DNA from: an uncultured Phycisphaeraceae bacterium | GTDB lineage: Bacteria; Planctomycetota; Phycisphaerae; Phycisphaerales; UBA1924 | DNA length: 64,000 nucleotides | Reading direction: 5' to 3' | NCBI GenBank assembly: GCA_964387925.1 | Contig: CAYLXF010000007.1 | Coordinates: forward strand, 17,270 to 81,269 | Part shown: piece by piece, positions 62,206 through 64,000 of the stretch | How positions within the stretch are numbered: the first letter of the stretch is position 1 | How the letters are laid out: each line of letters opens with the position of its first letter | Translations under genes and position numbers: made by a program | Notes under the pieces: model-generated | The model's database searches: none | The model's input: the letters and a program-made list of their open reading frames with translations, nothing else | What the model was told of the DNA's origin: nothing

Positions 62206-63591
62206 ATGCCAGAATCCGACCAAACAGCACACAACCCGCCCCGCCCCGGGCCCTGGGGGTCGCTGAGGCATTTCCTCGATGGGGACTATGTCGATCGGGG
62301 GGCCTGCGACGCCGCTTTCGAGCGCATGCACCGGCGCGACCCGATCGGCGACAGACTCCACCTCTTCTTCGCCCTGGCGGGGCTGGTCTGCCTGTTCGGG
62401 CCGGTGACGGTCACCGAGATCGCCCTGGCGCCCATGACGGCCTACTTCGTGGTTCGCGTGTTCAACACCCTCCCCGTCTGGATCCACGGCTTCGGCCAGC
62501 CCGTCGTCCTGCTGGGGCTGGCGCTGGCGGGGTGGATGTTCGTCACCCTCGCCTGGTCGCCCGACCCGGCGCACGGGCTCGGGGAGATCGCCGAGCTGCG
62601 CTGGCTGGCGCTGGCCGGGCTGCTCTTCCCGGTCATCGAGCACCGCCCCCGCCTCATCGCCGCCCTGTGCATCGCGATCGCGGCGGGGCAGATCGGGCAG
62701 GTCCTCGACGCGTTCAACGGCTTGGGGATCGAACCCCTCGCGCGACTCGTGGAGAACCACCCCGGCCGGATCAGCGGCTGGTGGCACCCGGTCGTGGGCG
62801 GGAGCATCCTCGTGGCCGCCATGGGGCTGCACCTGCCCGCGGTGCTTGTGGGTAGGGGGCGGGCGAGGTGGTGGGGCTGGGCGGGCTTCGCGGCCTCGGG
62901 GCTGGGGGTGCTGGCCACCGGGTCGCGCGGCGCGTGGCTCGCGGCGGGGGCGCTGGCGCTCATCGTCTTTGTCATGGCCTTGGGCATGCGCCGCGTCCCG
63001 CTCGCCCGCCTGCTCATGGCGGCCGGGGCGGCGCTGGCGATGGCGGGGATCGGCGCGTGGCTGATGCGCGCGCCCCTTGAGGCGCGCCTCACGGAAACCC
63101 GAGCCGAGATCGCCGCCATCGACCGGGGCGACTACACCTCGTACACCGGCCTGCGCGTGCGCATGGCCCAGCTCGCCGCCCGAGCCATCGTCGAGCACCC
63201 CCTCACCGGCGTGGGCGCCGGCGGCTACAAGCGGTGGTGCGACGAGACCGACCCGCACGCCGGCGCCCACGCCCACGCGCACAACGCGATCCTGCACGCC
63301 GGCGCCACGCTGGGGCTCCCGGGCCTGCTGCTCTGGGGGCTGATCGTGCTGGTCATGCTCCGTAGCGCGTGGAGGTATTGGGAAGGGCCGAGCCGGAACG
63401 CATACGCGCTAGGGCCGCTGTTCGCCATCATCGGGCTGCTGCTGGCCTCCCTGACCGACAGCGTCCAGATCAACACCCAGACCGCCGCTCTCATCGGCGT
63501 GCTGGCGGCCCTGAGCCCCGCCATGTGCCCCGGACACCCCCGGTGGCCGGGCGAGCCGGGCCGTGAGCAGGGCGGCGGATCAACCCTCTGA
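62206..63591 (+). CDS. O-antigen ligase (Wzy_C) family membrane protein
   Basis: About 10 TM helices. Characteristic loop …GSRGAWLAAGALALIVF… and …GVGAGGYKRWC…HAHAHNAILHAGATLGLPGLLLW. Confidence 0.8.
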   Translation: MPESDQTAHNPPRPGPWGSLRHFLDGDYVDRGACDAAFERMHRRDPIGDRLHLFFALAGLVCLFGPVTVTEIALAPMTAYFVVRVFNTLPVWIHGFGQPVVLLGLALAGWMFVTLAWSPDPAHGLGEIAELRWLALAGLLFPVIEHRPRLIAALCIAIAAGQIGQVLDAFNGLGIEPLARLVENHPGRISGWWHPVVGGSILVAAMGLHLPAVLVGRGRARWWGWAGFAASGLGVLATGSRGAWLAAGALALIVFVMALGMRRVPLARLLMAAGAALAMAGIGAWLMRAPLEARLTETRAEIAAIDRGDYTSYTGLRVRMAQLAARAIVEHPLTGVGAGGYKRWCDETDPHAGAHAHAHNAILHAGATLGLPGLLLWGLIVLVMLRSAWRYWEGPSRNAYALGPLFAIIGLLLASLTDSVQINTQTAALIGVLAALSPAMCPGHPRWPGEPGREQGGGSTL

Positions 63592-63628
63592 CATCCCGGC
63601 CGGGTCGGAATACACTCTGAGACATCCT

Positions 63629-63715
63629 GGTGCGATGGCTGAGTGGTTGAAGGCGCTCGACTTGAAATCGAGTGACCCCGAAAGGGGTCCGTGGGTTCGA
63701 ATCCCTCTCGCACCG
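63629..63715 (+). tRNA. tRNA-Ser (anticodon TGA)
   Basis: Folded by hand. Acceptor GGTGCGA/TCGCACC with discriminator G; D arm GCT-GAGTGGTTGAA-GGC; anticodon stem CTCGA/TCGAG with loop CTTGAAA; long variable arm (TGACCCCGAAAGGGGTCC); T arm GTGGG-TTCGAAT-CCCTC, which has one U-U mismatch. Close in layout to E. coli serT. Track ORF 63563-63823 is its translation artefact. Confidence 0.85.
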
Positions 63716-63798
63716 TTTAGCCGTGTTTTTCCACTGAGAAAACACGGCATTTTCGTGGACTGGGGGGGCCCAAGCATGATCGGGGTTGTCAAGGCGTC

Positions 63799-64000
63799 TC
63801 AGGGCGTCGTCAGGCCGTCGTAGGTCAGGGCGACCTGTGTGCCGTAGAGCGGATAGTCGATGCGGGCGCGGTACGGCTTGAACTCGTCGGCGTTCCAGTT
63901 GAGCCGGCGACAGATCGTGCCCAGGTGTTCGATGTACCACGGCGCTTCGGAGATCCGGCAGGCGCCCAGCCCGGTTCCCAGCGATTGAACCGTCTCGACC
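63799..64000 (-). CDS. C-terminal fragment of an unidentified protein (5' end beyond the window)
   Basis: Reverse complement reads …VETVQSLGTGLGACRISEAPWYIEHLGTICRRLNWNADEFKPYRARIDYPLYGTQVALTYDGLTTP* with the stop at 63799-63801. Balanced composition and high GC3. Not in the track because no start lies within the window. Confidence 0.45.
   Translation of the reverse strand, partial: VETVQSLGTGLGACRISEAPWYIEHLGTICRRLNWNADEFKPYRARIDYPLYGTQVALTYDGLTTP

Noticed and set aside
63629-63715. U-U mismatch in the T-stem of tRNA-Ser as a sign of a pseudogene
   Set aside because: All other stems, the T-loop (TTCGAAT), the anticodon loop and the long variable arm are canonical, and single mismatches are tolerated. 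tRNAscan-SE scoring would settle it.
1-64000. Search for CRISPR arrays, rRNA, IS elements, integrases and long direct repeats
   Set aside because: None seen. The only tandem repeat is the 28-nt heptamer tract at 49526-49553. The only dispersed repeats are the palindromic elements at 49.6 and 51.7 kb and the shared dockerin-like gene tails.

Overview
Very high-GC bacterial chromosome segment. The gene content suggests a planctomycete, possibly Phycisphaerae-like (inference): DUF1559-type H-x-DG tail, HDOD signalling proteins, 'GC-ending' dockerin-like C-termini, a choice-of-anchor-B-like propeller. I support about 50 protein genes, 2 tRNAs (Leu-TAG, Ser-TGA), 7 intrinsic terminators and 3 repeat features. 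There is no rRNA, CRISPR array, transposase or integrase. The many long Arg/Gly/Pro/Ala-rich ORFs in the track are shadow frames antisense to or overlapping real genes. Layout: (i) 1-3.3 kb, phage head module (capsid, scaffold, portal; the capsid frame runs off the left edge and is missing from the ORF track). (ii) 4.4-8 kb, housekeeping genes (DEAD-box helicase, HU/IHF, arfB, tsaB). (iii) 8.2-14.9 kb, co-directional signalling and membrane-scaffold cluster (HTH-REC, HDOD-histidine kinase, pseudo-receiver-GAF, NfeD/YqiJ, flotillin). (iv) 14.9-22.6 kb, minus-strand run (6-TM His-rich MCP, thioredoxin-fold protein, der, REC-HDOD, metG). (v) 22.8-28.3 kb, ECF sigma, anti-sigma, secreted protein, GAF-PP2C. 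(vi) plsY, tmk, vWA-TPR, DoxX, tRNA-Leu. (vii) Two secreted proteins sharing a duplicated dockerin/EF-hand-like C-terminus ending in GCP, plus pyrimidine salvage, nhaA, astB, topA and ClC. (viii) A REPIN-like palindromic repeat pair bracketing a serine hydrolase and a mini DUF1559-like gene. (ix) uvrC, a lipoprotein and an M20 hydrolase. (x) A sharply AT-richer two-gene cassette with no family I recognise. (xi) HD-GYP, a solute-binding protein, a membrane protein followed in-frame after UGA-C by a zinc ribbon, a Q-rich coiled-coil membrane protein, an O-antigen ligase and tRNA-Ser. Best candidates for something undescribed: the foreign two-gene cassette (55.4-57.3 kb), the kinase/pseudo-receiver/flotillin cluster, the His-rich 6-TM MCP with its overlapping redox-fold partner, and the REPIN-like hairpin repeats. 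All functional calls come from reading motifs by eye; no database search was run.
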